64,000 bases of DNA from a virus: the IMG/VR virus record IMGVR_UViG_3300046167_000733, positions 43,777 to 107,776 of that record; one strand, written 5' to 3'. A program made the position numbers and the translations under genes. How positions within the stretch are numbered: the first letter of the stretch is position 1; each line of letters starts with the position of its first letter. The notes under the pieces were generated by a model. It saw only the letters and a program-made list of their open reading frames with translations, did no database searches and had not been told where the DNA came from. Below, piece by piece: positions 9,077 to 20,067 of this stretch.

Positions 9077-9834
9077 TGCCTACTTCATATTTCAAAAACT
9101 TTGCTACTATAGGTTACAGATTTGGTGACAATGAACTTCCTGTTGCCTTCAAACAACTTTCTCAATATGTTTCTGTATTAGAAGAAACATTTAATAATGC
9201 TACTTTGTTTAATAAGTATACAGTAATCGCAGGAGAAAGACCTGACACATTATCGTTTAAACTCTATGGAACAACAGACCACTATTGGACATTCTTTCTT
9301 ATGAACGAACATCTCCGTGAGTCGGGTTGGGCAATACCGTCTTATGATTTACTTGATGAAGCAAAGTCTCGTTATCCTTATAGAACTGTAACAACAAACA
9401 CAGATGTCTCTGCAAACTTTCCAGTAGGTCAAGTCGTGACAGGAGCATCAAGTGGCACAACAGGAACTATCATTCGTAAGATACCTGATTTAGGACAACT
9501 TGTGATTGATACAGGCGCAGAACCTAATACCGACAAATTTAGTTCTACTGAAAACATAACCTATCAAGATACTGATGGTAATATACAATCTGCAGTTCTC
9601 ATTGCAGAGTCCGAACAATATAATTCTGTTCATCACTATGAAGATGCTGATGGAGTTTATCAAGACTTAACATTATTTGATTTTGGAACAGTAGGTGCAT
9701 CTTTAACGCCTGTTACATATAGAGATAGAATTGAATCACGAAACGATGAGTTGAAAGAGATTGTTGTTATCAAACCAAGTGCTATTGATGGAGTATCCCT
9801 TCAATTCAAAGAACTTATGAAACAAAGATTATAA
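9076..9834 (+). CDS. 53: baseplate wedge protein gp53
   Basis: YFKNF, GERPDTLSFKLYG..DHYWTFFLMN (LysM-like) and HHYED motifs. Confidence 0.9.
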   Translation: MPTSYFKNFATIGYRFGDNELPVAFKQLSQYVSVLEETFNNATLFNKYTVIAGERPDTLSFKLYGTTDHYWTFFLMNEHLRESGWAIPSYDLLDEAKSRYPYRTVTTNTDVSANFPVGQVVTGASSGTTGTIIRKIPDLGQLVIDTGAEPNTDKFSSTENITYQDTDGNIQSAVLIAESEQYNSVHHYEDADGVYQDLTLFDFGTVGASLTPVTYRDRIESRNDELKEIVVIKPSAIDGVSLQFKELMKQRL

Positions 9835-9840
9835 TATATA

Positions 9841-11276
9841 ATGCAAAATAATAATCAAAAGGCACAATATACAATAACATCTGCTGTCATTCACGCGGAT
9901 AGGTTTACTATTACGGGTAGTAAAAGTGAAACGAGACTTATAGACTTTGAGGTTTTTAGTAATTTAGTAGAACTTGTTATCTATGAATCTCTTGACAAAT
10001 TATATCTTACAGGGCAAGTTTCTATTTTAGACAAACAAGGAATTTTTTCAACTATACAATTTCAAGGAACCGAAAAAATAACCTTTGCGATTAGTACTGC
10101 AGATGTAAATGATACTCCAATTATATTCAATAAAACTTTTATAATGAGTGAGATTATAAGTCAAACTAAACATAAATCGGGAAAGTCAAGTCTTTTTGTA
10201 TTCAACCTTATAGACGAGCATGGTTTTCTTGGTCGTGTTTCTAAGATAAGTAAATCCTATAACGGAAGTCTTGAAACAATTATAAAAAGAATTTTACAAA
10301 ACGAGTTAGGAAGGACAGTTGATATTGCCTATACAGGTGCTAAGAGTGGTGATGAAGAGTTTAGTATTCAAGGAGATATCACATGTATCATTCCAAATAT
10401 GACTCCAATCACTGCTATAAATTGGTTGTGTAATAGAATAACAACAGATAATGGCACTCCTTACTTTGCGTATTCAACACTTAATTTACCCAATCAAAAG
10501 GGCGAGAGTGACGAATCACAATTAGATGATGAAGATAAAGAAAAAGGGTAATCTTATCAGAATTGGTAACTTAGATACTATGTTGACTCAAGAGGCATTC
10601 AATAATATACCGTTTGTATACAACCCCAACTCAAGAAGTGGTTTACAGGTCAAGTGTTATTGAACAACTCTTTAAAATTAAAAACATAAGTTTTGATAGA
10701 ACATCGAACACATTGAAATTATTAGAACTTGGGGCAGTTTCATCAGAATACTCAAACACAAATTTAGGAACAGGTGAAGTATTCACAACAAAACATGTGT
10801 TGAGTGACCAACTTAGAAATCTATCAAGTAATTCTATCATAGGCAAGAATGAAGAAACCACACAGAATGTTTTTGATGAAGAATTATTATTGAAAGGTTC
10901 TAGGGTTGAGACATACTCTGCAAAAAATTATCATACCATTACCTCTACAGGAACATATGGTAATTTGAAAAGTTATCATGACGAGACAGACGAGAATAAA
11001 TTTAAAGTAAAAATCTCTTCAACCGCAATTAAAAATGTTCTTCATAAAAATAGTATAACTATTGTTGTAGAAGGGGCATCACTTGCTATTGGTAGAGTTA
11101 CTGTTGGAGACATTATAAATATTGTTGTTGTAAGTGATAATGTGGATGACGAAGGTAGGGGTGTACCTGATATGAAAAATTCAGGAAAACATTTAATATA
11201 CGACCTCAAGCATACCTTTTCAGGTGAGATACATAATGCTACATTAACCCTTTGTAAATTGGAGTCTATTCAGTAA
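9841..11276 (+). CDS. baseplate hub protein (gp27-like), split by probable indel errors near 10547 and 10620-10650
   Basis: IYESLDKLYLTGQVSILD at the N-terminus and VGDIINI...SGKHLIYDLKHTF at the C-terminus; lies between gp53 and gp5; the gap still reads as coding (GNLIRIGNLDTMLTQEAFN). Confidence 0.65.
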
Positions 11277-12088
11277 TGTTAGAATATTATGGTGATAGCA
11301 CTCGTTGGTTCATAGCAACAGTTGTAAACTCAACTCCCCCTGCAGGGTATGAAGGGCGAGTAAAGATACGCATACACGGATTGCATAGTTCATCTACACA
11401 AGATATTCCAGAAGACCATCTACCTTGGGCACAATGTGTTCTCCCCACAACAGAAGGTGGAGTATCGGGTATCGGTAAGATACCTCGTGTGTTACCTAGT
11501 GCATTAGTGTTCGGAATGTTTATGGACGGAAAAAGTTCACAGACACCTATTGTTTTGGGTTCACTTCCTAAAATAGAAAGTCCTTCTGAAATACAAAAAC
11601 TTACAAAACAAAGTAGTGTTGAACAAGGTGCGGTTCTTGCAAGTACATTAGATATAAAGAATGCAGTACTTGATGTTCCTGATGCAACAATCAAAAACAA
11701 CAGGATTGAGTTTTGTTTACAGTTTTTTCTTAACTTAGGATACAGTTATATTCAAGCAAAAGGTATTACCGAAAATCTTTCACAAAAAGGAATGGTTTCA
11801 GGATTTAGGGGAGAAGATGAAAGTGGTCGGTTTGGTGTTGCAGAATGGTCAGGAGAAAGATTTAAAAATCTAAAAGCATTCTCTGAATATTTTAAACGAT
11901 TTACAACACAACTTGAATTTATTGCATTTGAACTAAACGGAACACAAAGGTCTGCCAACATTCGTTTATTACAGACAGATAGGTATAGTGGAGAAAAGGG
12001 TTCCTTAAATATATTTGCTAAATACTACTTGAAATTAGATTTGCTTCAATTAGAACAACTTGAAAGCAAAGGAGATTATAGTGAGTAA
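11276..12088 (+). CDS. 5: gp5 N-terminal OB-fold fused to a degenerate phage tail lysozyme (lysozyme-2-like) domain
   Basis: WFIATVV...GRVKIRIHGLH...LPWAQ...VFGMFMDG...QTPIVLGSLP (gp5 OB), followed by FGVAEWSGERF...TQLEFIAFEL. Confidence 0.8.
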   Translation: MLEYYGDSTRWFIATVVNSTPPAGYEGRVKIRIHGLHSSSTQDIPEDHLPWAQCVLPTTEGGVSGIGKIPRVLPSALVFGMFMDGKSSQTPIVLGSLPKIESPSEIQKLTKQSSVEQGAVLASTLDIKNAVLDVPDATIKNNRIEFCLQFFLNLGYSYIQAKGITENLSQKGMVSGFRGEDESGRFGVAEWSGERFKNLKAFSEYFKRFTTQLEFIAFELNGTQRSANIRLLQTDRYSGEKGSLNIFAKYYLKLDLLQLEQLESKGDYSE

Positions 12089-14498
12089 AATAATCAATAG
12101 TTTAAATACTGAACTAAAAAGAAAGTCTGATAAACTTGCTCAAAGAACTTTGATGCCTAAAGTTAAAAAGATTAAAAATCTTGATGGCGCAATTAGATAT
12201 GCGTCAGGATTAGATGAGATTCAAGTTAATACTAATTTCAATGTTCCTACTTTTGGTGGTGCAAACAGATTAATAGGAACTCAACTTGATAGATTAAATA
12301 TTCAAACACAATCTATAATAGGAAATAACACAGACGGAGAAGTTTTTGGTGGATTTGCTAAGTCAATTGGTAATACAGGTGGTGAAGTAGGTCTTGTTAA
12401 GTTTGTGAGTACTGCAGGGTTAGATAATGTTGTTACTCCAAACTTTAAAGTATATGCTTCTGGCGCACCACAAGCAATTAGTATAGCAAGTAAAGACATA
12501 GAGAAAAAGATAAATGCTCAAAAAGTAGAAATAAATACTTTTCTTGATAGTCTACCTCAAGTGCTTGGAAGACCTTCAGGTGGTTTCCTTGGTTCCATTC
12601 TCAAAGTTGCAGGTATAGCAGGAGGTTTAAATGGTTTGTTACAACAGATATCTCCTCTTGCAAATATATCAAATCAATTAAATAATATCAAAGACCAAGT
12701 TTTAGACCAAACAGGAATAAGCGGTTTTCTTGACCAAGTTAATGGTCTGGCAGATAATGTAACAAACTATGTTAATACTTCTCTAGATGCAGTTTCAACT
12801 TCTCTTGGAGAAGCAATCGGTAATCCTTTATCAGAATTAGATAATGCTTTAAGTATTAATATTGGAGAAGAAACTTTTAGCACTAACCTTGGTGGATTCG
12901 CGAACGATTTATTAGAAAGTGTTACTGGAGACCTTCGTTCTCGTACAAACAATTTTATTTCAGGAGCAATACCTGATGTTGAAATAGGAGGATTAGTTAG
13001 TGGTATTGTAAGTGATGATATTACGGAAAGAGTATCTTCCATTGGTAGGATAACTCAATATGACAATGTAGTAAGAGAAAACCTTACTTTATTTGAACCT
13101 TGGAGTGCTGTTGAAAATGCTTCATCTCCAAGGGATGCAATTTTTCAGATAGAAACGAACGGTAAGAAGAACGGAGCAAGTGCGGCAAATATTTCTTATG
13201 TGCAAGGTTTATATGCATCAATAATATCAAAGACCGAAAATAACACTTTCAACGCAGGACTATCTTCTGTTATTGCTATAGGTTCAAGTCCTTTACTTTC
13301 TGTCAATCCATTACCCCTTTCAAAGAAGTTTACATATGTTTCGTCCATAGAAGAACTTGAACTAGAGATATCAAGTAGACTTGTAGTAAGTGCCGCAAGA
13401 GATGTAAGTAGTGTTGTTATTCATGCAACCGAAACATTCACAAATAAGAATATAGGTGCAGAAGAAATAGATGCAATACAGAAAAAACTAGGTGAAGATG
13501 AAGTAGGTTATCACTATGTGATTAGAAGAGACGGCAGACTTCAACGCGGAAGACCTGTTGAGAAAGAAGGAAGTCATTGTCCCACAGGCAACTATGATAA
13601 AACTTCTATAGGTATTGTAATGGTAGGGGGTATTAATCGTGCCTCTACAGAACAGTCCTTTGAAACCTCTAGTGCTTCATTTACACGCGCACAATATAAC
13701 ACATTAGAACAATTCCTTCAAGTGTTTTATAATAACTTTTCTGGTGGAGAAGTATTTGGTCATAGTGATATTGAAACAGATGAACTAGACCCTTACTTTG
13801 ATGTGAGTGAATATATACTATCGTTATTTGGTAAAATAAATTCTTCATCATTAGGTGTTCCTGAAATTGAAGGTGATTTTGAACCTACTGCTCCTGAAGG
13901 TATAACTGAAGAAACAGGAACAAATGCTCCAACAACTCGTGTTCAAGTTACTCCCGAAGAATTAAATGTTGCTCCAGACGAAGTTCCAAAGGATGTTGAA
14001 GTTGTGGTTGATAATGAATCTACGTTTAAAGTTATATATGAACCACAAAAGAAAAACTTCAATTTACCTGTTGACCCTGATGCTTTATTAGATGATATAC
14101 CAGAAAAGTTACAGAAACTTGCGAATTATATGAAAAGAGATATAAGAGTTACAAGTGGATATCGTGACGAAGAACATAATAGAAGGGCAGGTGGCGCAAA
14201 GTTCTCTCCACATTTATCACGAAAGGCAGTAGATATAAGTAGAAGTGATAGGGCACCAACAGTAGGAGGATGGAGATACACATCGTCCTTGATGAGTGAT
14301 GCCCAAGTTGCTGATTTAGTGCAAAAAGCATCCGAGTTGGGATTTAAAGGTATTGGAATATATGATGGTTATTTGCATCTTGATACTAGGTCAGGAAAAA
14401 AATGTTGGGCAACATCCAAAATATTGAGAGTTTCTTCTATTCCAAGATTTGCACAGATAGCAACAGTTCTAAGAAATAATGATTGGGATAATGTATGA
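12081..14498 (+). CDS. virion-associated peptidoglycan hydrolase: amidase_2 (T7 lysozyme-like) plus peptidase M15
   Basis: Amidase motifs VVIHAT, GYHYVIRRDG, SIGIVMVGG, GHSD..DP. M15 motifs TSGYR..HNRRAGGAKFSPH..KAVDI and GIGIY..YLHLDTR. Confidence 0.85.
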   Translation: MSKIINSLNTELKRKSDKLAQRTLMPKVKKIKNLDGAIRYASGLDEIQVNTNFNVPTFGGANRLIGTQLDRLNIQTQSIIGNNTDGEVFGGFAKSIGNTGGEVGLVKFVSTAGLDNVVTPNFKVYASGAPQAISIASKDIEKKINAQKVEINTFLDSLPQVLGRPSGGFLGSILKVAGIAGGLNGLLQQISPLANISNQLNNIKDQVLDQTGISGFLDQVNGLADNVTNYVNTSLDAVSTSLGEAIGNPLSELDNALSINIGEETFSTNLGGFANDLLESVTGDLRSRTNNFISGAIPDVEIGGLVSGIVSDDITERVSSIGRITQYDNVVRENLTLFEPWSAVENASSPRDAIFQIETNGKKNGASAANISYVQGLYASIISKTENNTFNAGLSSVIAIGSSPLLSVNPLPLSKKFTYVSSIEELELEISSRLVVSAARDVSSVVIHATETFTNKNIGAEEIDAIQKKLGEDEVGYHYVIRRDGRLQRGRPVEKEGSHCPTGNYDKTSIGIVMVGGINRASTEQSFETSSASFTRAQYNTLEQFLQVFYNNFSGGEVFGHSDIETDELDPYFDVSEYILSLFGKINSSSLGVPEIEGDFEPTAPEGITEETGTNAPTTRVQVTPEELNVAPDEVPKDVEVVVDNESTFKVIYEPQKKNFNLPVDPDALLDDIPEKLQKLANYMKRDIRVTSGYRDEEHNRRAGGAKFSPHLSRKAVDISRSDRAPTVGGWRYTSSLMSDAQVADLVQKASELGFKGIGIYDGYLHLDTRSGKKCWATSKILRVSSIPRFAQIATVLRNNDWDNV

Positions 14499-16183
14499 CA
14501 ACTAAAAATGACAATTATAAAGCAAGAACAGAGAAAGAAGGTTTAGGTCTTGGTTCTGAACTATCTGTCGGTGTCCCTGATAATGGAATGCAGAATGCTT
14601 CGGGCGATTATCCTAAGAGAGAATATAATTTTGGTTCTTCGGTTAACAAAGCAACAGTTGGAACCAAGGTAAACAAACTCTATACAGGTGGTGGTGAGAT
14701 TGGTGTTCCATTGAACATACCAGAACAGATGCCTTCTCAGTATCCATTCAATCAAGTAGATGAAACTCCAAGTGGACATGTCATTGAGATGGACGATACT
14801 CCAGGAGGAGAAAGAGTTCTTATTAAACATCGTAAAGGTTCGGGCGTAGAGTTACGCGCAGACGGTACGGTTGTAATATCTGCATTGAATAATAAGGTTG
14901 AGGTGACAGGGGGAGACCAAACTGTTATTATTGAAGGTCATGGTAATCTTGTGTATAACGGAAACCTTAATCTCAAAGTAAGTGGTGACTATAATGTTGA
15001 GGTTGGCGGTAACTATAATGTAGATGTTGCAGGTTATTCTCAAAAGACAATCGGAAGTTTCTATTCCAAAGCGGTTATAGGAGATGTCGCGCAAAAATAT
15101 ATGGGAACTAAAACAGAAAAGATTCTAGGTAATAGTCTCACTCTTAGATTAGGTGACGATGACTATGTTGTTAAAGGAACAAGGAATGATGTTACTGATG
15201 GTAATCATGAAATTTCATCTGGTGAAAACTTACTCATTTCTGGAGAAAAAACTGCAGAGATGATAAGTAGAAAAACTTCTATTACAGGGTCAGATAGAAT
15301 AAATGTTCAAGGGTCAGAAGGTATAATTGGTGGTGCGTTCGTTAGGTTTACAGGACAAACTTACTCAGGTGCACTCAAGAAAAGAGTTTACGGTGGTGGA
15401 GATAATTATGTTACAGGAGGAACACCAAGTGTTGATTCAGATGGTAGTGGAAACATATCAATCTCTGGCATTGACAGTGGTTCTTCAGGTGTTTTATCTT
15501 CAAGTGATTCTGATGGTGCAGGTAATCTTGCAACAACATATTCTTCAGGAGATGACTTTGCTTCAAGTTCGGATTATGAAACTGCTATATTTCACGGAAG
15601 TCTTCACGGTGTTGCAAAGAAAGCACAAATGGCAGACAATGCAAATAAATCTATTATGGCAACAGTATCAATGAATGCGGTTTCTTTAAATCCATTATTT
15701 GCAATTGGTGGTTTGAAAGCATTACCAAAAAGTTCTTTATTATCCAACTTCAACTTAGAAGCAGAAGATGTTCTTCATACAACTGTTGAACCCGACAATA
15801 TTGCTAAAGTTGCACTAGGTAAAATACCTCAAAATAATGAAACAAGCGCACATCTAAAAATTCAACCCATACAAGCAGTAAGTATTGACCCTGATGACTA
15901 TGTACGAGACCTTAGTTATGGTAAAGAACATTACAATCAGACATTCTTAAAAACACCTAGAACTGCAGAAATAAGAAGTGCGTTCAGAAATAAAGAGACA
16001 AGAGAGGATGGTATTTTAGGTGCTACTCTTGTTGCGGAAGGACTGTTAAATCGGAACTATAATTCTAAGGTTCCAAGTGCGAAATTAAGTGGAAGGGTTG
16101 TTGGTAAAGAAGCAAGTTCAAAATATGGTTATACACCGATAGGTAATTCTATAGAGAATAGAGGAAAAAGGTTTAGAAAATGA
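14495..16183 (+). CDS. 5: gp5 C-terminal part (beta-helix needle)
   Basis: SQYPFNQVDETPSGHVIEMDDTPGGERVLIKH..G and repeats of V.GDYNVEVGGNYN. Confidence 0.85.
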   Translation: MTTKNDNYKARTEKEGLGLGSELSVGVPDNGMQNASGDYPKREYNFGSSVNKATVGTKVNKLYTGGGEIGVPLNIPEQMPSQYPFNQVDETPSGHVIEMDDTPGGERVLIKHRKGSGVELRADGTVVISALNNKVEVTGGDQTVIIEGHGNLVYNGNLNLKVSGDYNVEVGGNYNVDVAGYSQKTIGSFYSKAVIGDVAQKYMGTKTEKILGNSLTLRLGDDDYVVKGTRNDVTDGNHEISSGENLLISGEKTAEMISRKTSITGSDRINVQGSEGIIGGAFVRFTGQTYSGALKKRVYGGGDNYVTGGTPSVDSDGSGNISISGIDSGSSGVLSSSDSDGAGNLATTYSSGDDFASSSDYETAIFHGSLHGVAKKAQMADNANKSIMATVSMNAVSLNPLFAIGGLKALPKSSLLSNFNLEAEDVLHTTVEPDNIAKVALGKIPQNNETSAHLKIQPIQAVSIDPDDYVRDLSYGKEHYNQTFLKTPRTAEIRSAFRNKETREDGILGATLVAEGLLNRNYNSKVPSAKLSGRVVGKEASSKYGYTPIGNSIENRGKRFRK

Positions 16184-16782
16184 ATGTACTCCCTGACCCA
16201 AAATATAATCCTGACTTACACGGTTTTGTAACTTCGAAAACAAGACTTGAACGTGGGATAACTATGGCAAAATTCTTAGGTGCATATGGAGACAAAACAT
16301 CTTTGAATCATATAACAAATGAATCTGTACGCAAACGGATTGCTCGTAACCTAACTTTACATGCAAGAGCAATAAATATGGTGAACGGTAATACCAATAG
16401 ATTTAATGATGTAAGAATTATTGTAAGTGAAGGAATCTATAATAGACAAGCACTCTCAGATTTTGGTAGTTATGCGATGATAGAAAAAGCATTTGGAGAA
16501 CTTGTATATTATCAAGTCATAGATACTGATGGTAAGATTGACTTTGAGAAAACATTTGATGTTGCAGAGTATTGGAAAGACCATATAAAATTTAGGGAAC
16601 TTGTATTAGATTATGATGAGTATAATACAGACGGAAGTTTAACAGCACAGATTGGATTGACAATGCCAATTGTTCCAACCTCATATGATATCATTGATTC
16701 TGAGTTTAAACAAAACATAAATACAGTGTTTAATAATAATATTTTTACTAAAAACGAACTTACTGAAATAATTCCAAGATAA
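16180..16782 (+). CDS. hub-associated protein, possibly an inactive M15-peptidase homologue
   Basis: IIVSEGIY and FDVAEYWKDHIKFRELVLDY resemble phage M15 folds, but the Zn ligands are missing. Confidence 0.5.
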   Translation: MNVLPDPKYNPDLHGFVTSKTRLERGITMAKFLGAYGDKTSLNHITNESVRKRIARNLTLHARAINMVNGNTNRFNDVRIIVSEGIYNRQALSDFGSYAMIEKAFGELVYYQVIDTDGKIDFEKTFDVAEYWKDHIKFRELVLDYDEYNTDGSLTAQIGLTMPIVPTSYDIIDSEFKQNINTVFNNNIFTKNELTEIIPR

Positions 16783-16796
16783 ACCAATTAAAAACA

Positions 16797-16804
16797 TATA
16801 AATA
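16797..16804 (+). promoter_or_regulatory. late promoter TATAAATA
   Basis: Exact consensus just upstream of the gp25 ATG. Confidence 0.7.
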
Positions 16805-16809
16805 GAACT

Positions 16810-17259
16810 ATGACAAGAAGAGCATACTCACAAGAAGACGCAAACTTAGGAACTAACTCAGTTCCTATAGCACGAAAGCGTGAATATAAGGATATAGACC
16901 TGACACTCGCGGTCAAACCAACGAGTGGTGATATCTATAAGAAACTTGATGCGGCGGCAGTTAAGCAATCAGTAAAAAATCTTATCATGACGAACCAACT
17001 TGAAAAACCATTTAAACCTAGATTTGGTGCTAATATAAGAAATTTACTTTTTGAATTGATTGATAATAATTCAGATGCATTAGTTAAGAAAAGACTTTTT
17101 TCTGCAATAACAAGGTCTGAACCAAGAGTAAGAGTATTAGATATCCGAGTATCCTATACTGATAACTATAGCAATACTTTGGATACAACAATAACATTTA
17201 AAGTTTTGAACTCACCAGAGGTGTTTCAAATAACTACAAATCTCGCAAGGTTAAGATAA
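16810..17259 (+). CDS. 25: baseplate wedge subunit gp25
   Basis: YKDIDL, AAVKQSVKNLIMTN..EKPFKPRFGANIRNLLFE and EPRV motifs. Confidence 0.93.
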   Translation: MTRRAYSQEDANLGTNSVPIARKREYKDIDLTLAVKPTSGDIYKKLDAAAVKQSVKNLIMTNQLEKPFKPRFGANIRNLLFELIDNNSDALVKKRLFSAITRSEPRVRVLDIRVSYTDNYSNTLDTTITFKVLNSPEVFQITTNLARLR

Positions 17260-17260
17260 A

Positions 17261-19087
17261 ATGGCAACAACAATAAATTCAACAGACTTAGATTTTGATT
17301 CAATAAAAAATAATCTTAAGACTTCTCTTCAAAATTCTGGAGAGTTCAATGATTATAACTTTGAAGCATCGGGTCTGTCAAGTATATTAGATGTACTTGC
17401 ATACAACACACACTATAATGGTCTTATCGCAAACTTTGCATTAAACGAATCCTTCTTGAGTACTGCACAACTTAGAAGTTCTGTACTTTCTCTTGCAGAA
17501 GGTATCGGATATGTTCCGAGTTCAAGAACTTCACCTCAAGCACTCGTAAACCTATCATTAAATTTGAGTGGAGTATCAGGTAGACCTTCAACCATTCAAA
17601 TAAACGATGGGTTTAAATTTAATTCAAGTGTTGATGAGATAAACTATGTGTTTCAAACACGAGAAGATTTAACTGCAACTGATGATGGTAATGGAATATA
17701 TTCTTTCAAAGATGTATCAGGAAGTGCTGATATAAAAATACTTGAAGGTACACTAAGAACTAAAACTTTCCTTGCATTGAAATCATTAGACAATCCTATA
17801 TATGTCATACCCGATAAGAACCTAGACATATCAACTACTATAGTGAGGGTTTTTGAATCACCGTCCTCTTCTTCCTTTGTTACATATGGTAACTTACAGA
17901 ACGCAAGAACAATAAACGAAAACTCTACATTGTATATATTAAGAGAAGCACCAAATGGTTTTTATGAATTATCTTTTGGTAATGGTGTTACATTAGGTAA
18001 AGCACCTTCTGTTGGTAGTAAGATAGAAGTAGAATATCTTTCTAGTGCAGGAACACTTGCAAATACTGCAAAGATATTCTCACCACAAAACTCAATAACA
18101 ATAAACTCTGTGAACTATCCTGTAACGACATCTACTGTATCAAATGCTATTGGTGGTAATGCAAAAGAAACTATAGAGAGTATTCGTAAAAATGCCCCAT
18201 TCCAATATGCATCACAGAACAGAATGGTAACTGCAAGTGACTATGCTTCATTGATACTTAAGAACTATTCTACTTTCATAAGTGATATACAATCCTTTGG
18301 TGGAGAAGATGCTCTTGAACCAGAATATGGTACAGTATTTGTTTCAATACTTTTCAATGATGATGTTGATGCCGCAACGCAACAAAATATAAAAGACGAG
18401 ATACTACAATTATCAGACGAGTTGTCGGTAGCATCATTCAGTACTAAGTTTGAAGACCCTATCACAACATTCGTTGAAGCGCAAACATTCTTTCAATTCA
18501 ATGATAACCTTACTACACTCGCAAGAAACACAATACAGAATGATGTAAATAGTGTTATCACAACTTACTTTACAAACAACACAGGTAAGTTTAATCAGTC
18601 ATTCAGAAGGTCAAATTTATTATCATTAGTAGATGCTACAAGTTCTGCAGTATTATCTTCAAGACAAGATGTAAAATTACAAAGAAGGTTTACACCAACT
18701 TTGACTGCAGTACAAGACCATAAGTTAAGATATGCCGCACCCCTTGCAACACCCGATGATATTCACTACAGAGTTACAAGTGACCAATTTACTTTTGGTG
18801 GTAATGCATGTATATTGAGAAACAAATTAAACACAAACAAACTAGAAGTGTTTGATACGGCACAAAATGTTGTTGTAGTAGATAATGTTGGAGATTACTC
18901 TGGAGACACTATCAATATAATAGGTCTAAGAGTTGATGCAATATTAGGTGGAAATGGTTTCGTTAAATTAAGTGCAACTCCTGCAAACCAGAGTGCTATT
19001 GCTCCACTAAGACAAGATGTTATTAGACTTGACGGAGATAAGTCATTCACTTCAATCGTTGATGTAGCAGATGGGGTTATTAGTTAA
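17261..19087 (+). CDS. 6: baseplate wedge subunit gp6
   Basis: LDFDSIKNNLK, DYNFEASGLSSILDVLAYNTHY, NESFLSTAQLRSSV and QNRMVTASDY motifs. Confidence 0.95.
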   Translation: MATTINSTDLDFDSIKNNLKTSLQNSGEFNDYNFEASGLSSILDVLAYNTHYNGLIANFALNESFLSTAQLRSSVLSLAEGIGYVPSSRTSPQALVNLSLNLSGVSGRPSTIQINDGFKFNSSVDEINYVFQTREDLTATDDGNGIYSFKDVSGSADIKILEGTLRTKTFLALKSLDNPIYVIPDKNLDISTTIVRVFESPSSSSFVTYGNLQNARTINENSTLYILREAPNGFYELSFGNGVTLGKAPSVGSKIEVEYLSSAGTLANTAKIFSPQNSITINSVNYPVTTSTVSNAIGGNAKETIESIRKNAPFQYASQNRMVTASDYASLILKNYSTFISDIQSFGGEDALEPEYGTVFVSILFNDDVDAATQQNIKDEILQLSDELSVASFSTKFEDPITTFVEAQTFFQFNDNLTTLARNTIQNDVNSVITTYFTNNTGKFNQSFRRSNLLSLVDATSSAVLSSRQDVKLQRRFTPTLTAVQDHKLRYAAPLATPDDIHYRVTSDQFTFGGNACILRNKLNTNKLEVFDTAQNVVVVDNVGDYSGDTINIIGLRVDAILGGNGFVKLSATPANQSAIAPLRQDVIRLDGDKSFTSIVDVADGVIS

Positions 19088-20067
19088 TGCCTCACAATAA
19101 CGATAATACTCTCAAGGATTTAAACCGACGTAACCTTGCGTTCGGTAAGTATTCTGTAAAGGAAATTCTTCCAGAATTTTTCCGTACAGAGTATCCTAAA
19201 CTAATTACATTACTTGATGAGTATTATCATTTTGAGAAGTCAGGTGATTCTCCTTCTAAACTTGTCGATGAACTCTTTCTCAGTAGAGATATAACACAGA
19301 ATGACCTTGACTTACTTACCTTTATTGAAGATGAGTTATTGTTAGGTCAGTCTTTCTTTGAGGGTTTCCAAGATAAACGCGCGGCATCAAAATACTCTAA
19401 TGTATTGTTTAGGTCAAAAGGCACAAAGTATTCTATACAACAATTCTTCAGAACATTCTTTGGTATAGACCCCGATATTGTATATACAAAGACTCAAGTA
19501 TTCAATGTAGGTGATGATATTGGTGCTGAGAGTCAGAAGTTTATTACTGACAACAAGTTGTATCAGAAACACGCAATACTTATCAGGTCAGAACTTGAGC
19601 AGAATACATGGAAAGATGCTTACAAACTCTTTGTTCACCCTGCAGGAACATTCTTAGGTTCAGAGATACAAATAGTCAGTAGTGTTGTTGATACAGTTAT
19701 TGCTCCAAATGTTATTATCCAAGAACCCGCACCAATCGCGGTATCAAGTGTTGCTAATCTATCACCACTCGCGTTTATTGACCACACATCACTTGTAAAT
19801 GATTTCAATACTGACTCTTCAGGAATACTCAGTAGGATAAGACCAGAACTTGCTAATCCAAGTGAGTTCTCAACGTTCACATTACAAGAGATAAATAATC
19901 AGTATGGAAGTTTGCGTGAAGCACAGATTGCATCATCACCAACCTTTGATGATTCAGACCAAGACTTCTCAAACAACTTCTCATTCGAAACACTAGACCA
20001 AGGAAGACATGTATTTTATAGTTCAGACTCTGACCAATATTTATTAAATCTTGGACATCTCGGTTAA
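19087..20067 (+). CDS. short gp7-like baseplate wedge protein
   Basis: LPEFFRTEYPKLITLLDEYY, FRSKGTKYSIQQFFR and KLFVHPAG motifs; follows gp6. Confidence 0.75.
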   Translation: MPHNNDNTLKDLNRRNLAFGKYSVKEILPEFFRTEYPKLITLLDEYYHFEKSGDSPSKLVDELFLSRDITQNDLDLLTFIEDELLLGQSFFEGFQDKRAASKYSNVLFRSKGTKYSIQQFFRTFFGIDPDIVYTKTQVFNVGDDIGAESQKFITDNKLYQKHAILIRSELEQNTWKDAYKLFVHPAGTFLGSEIQIVSSVVDTVIAPNVIIQEPAPIAVSSVANLSPLAFIDHTSLVNDFNTDSSGILSRIRPELANPSEFSTFTLQEINNQYGSLREAQIASSPTFDDSDQDFSNNFSFETLDQGRHVFYSSDSDQYLLNLGHLG

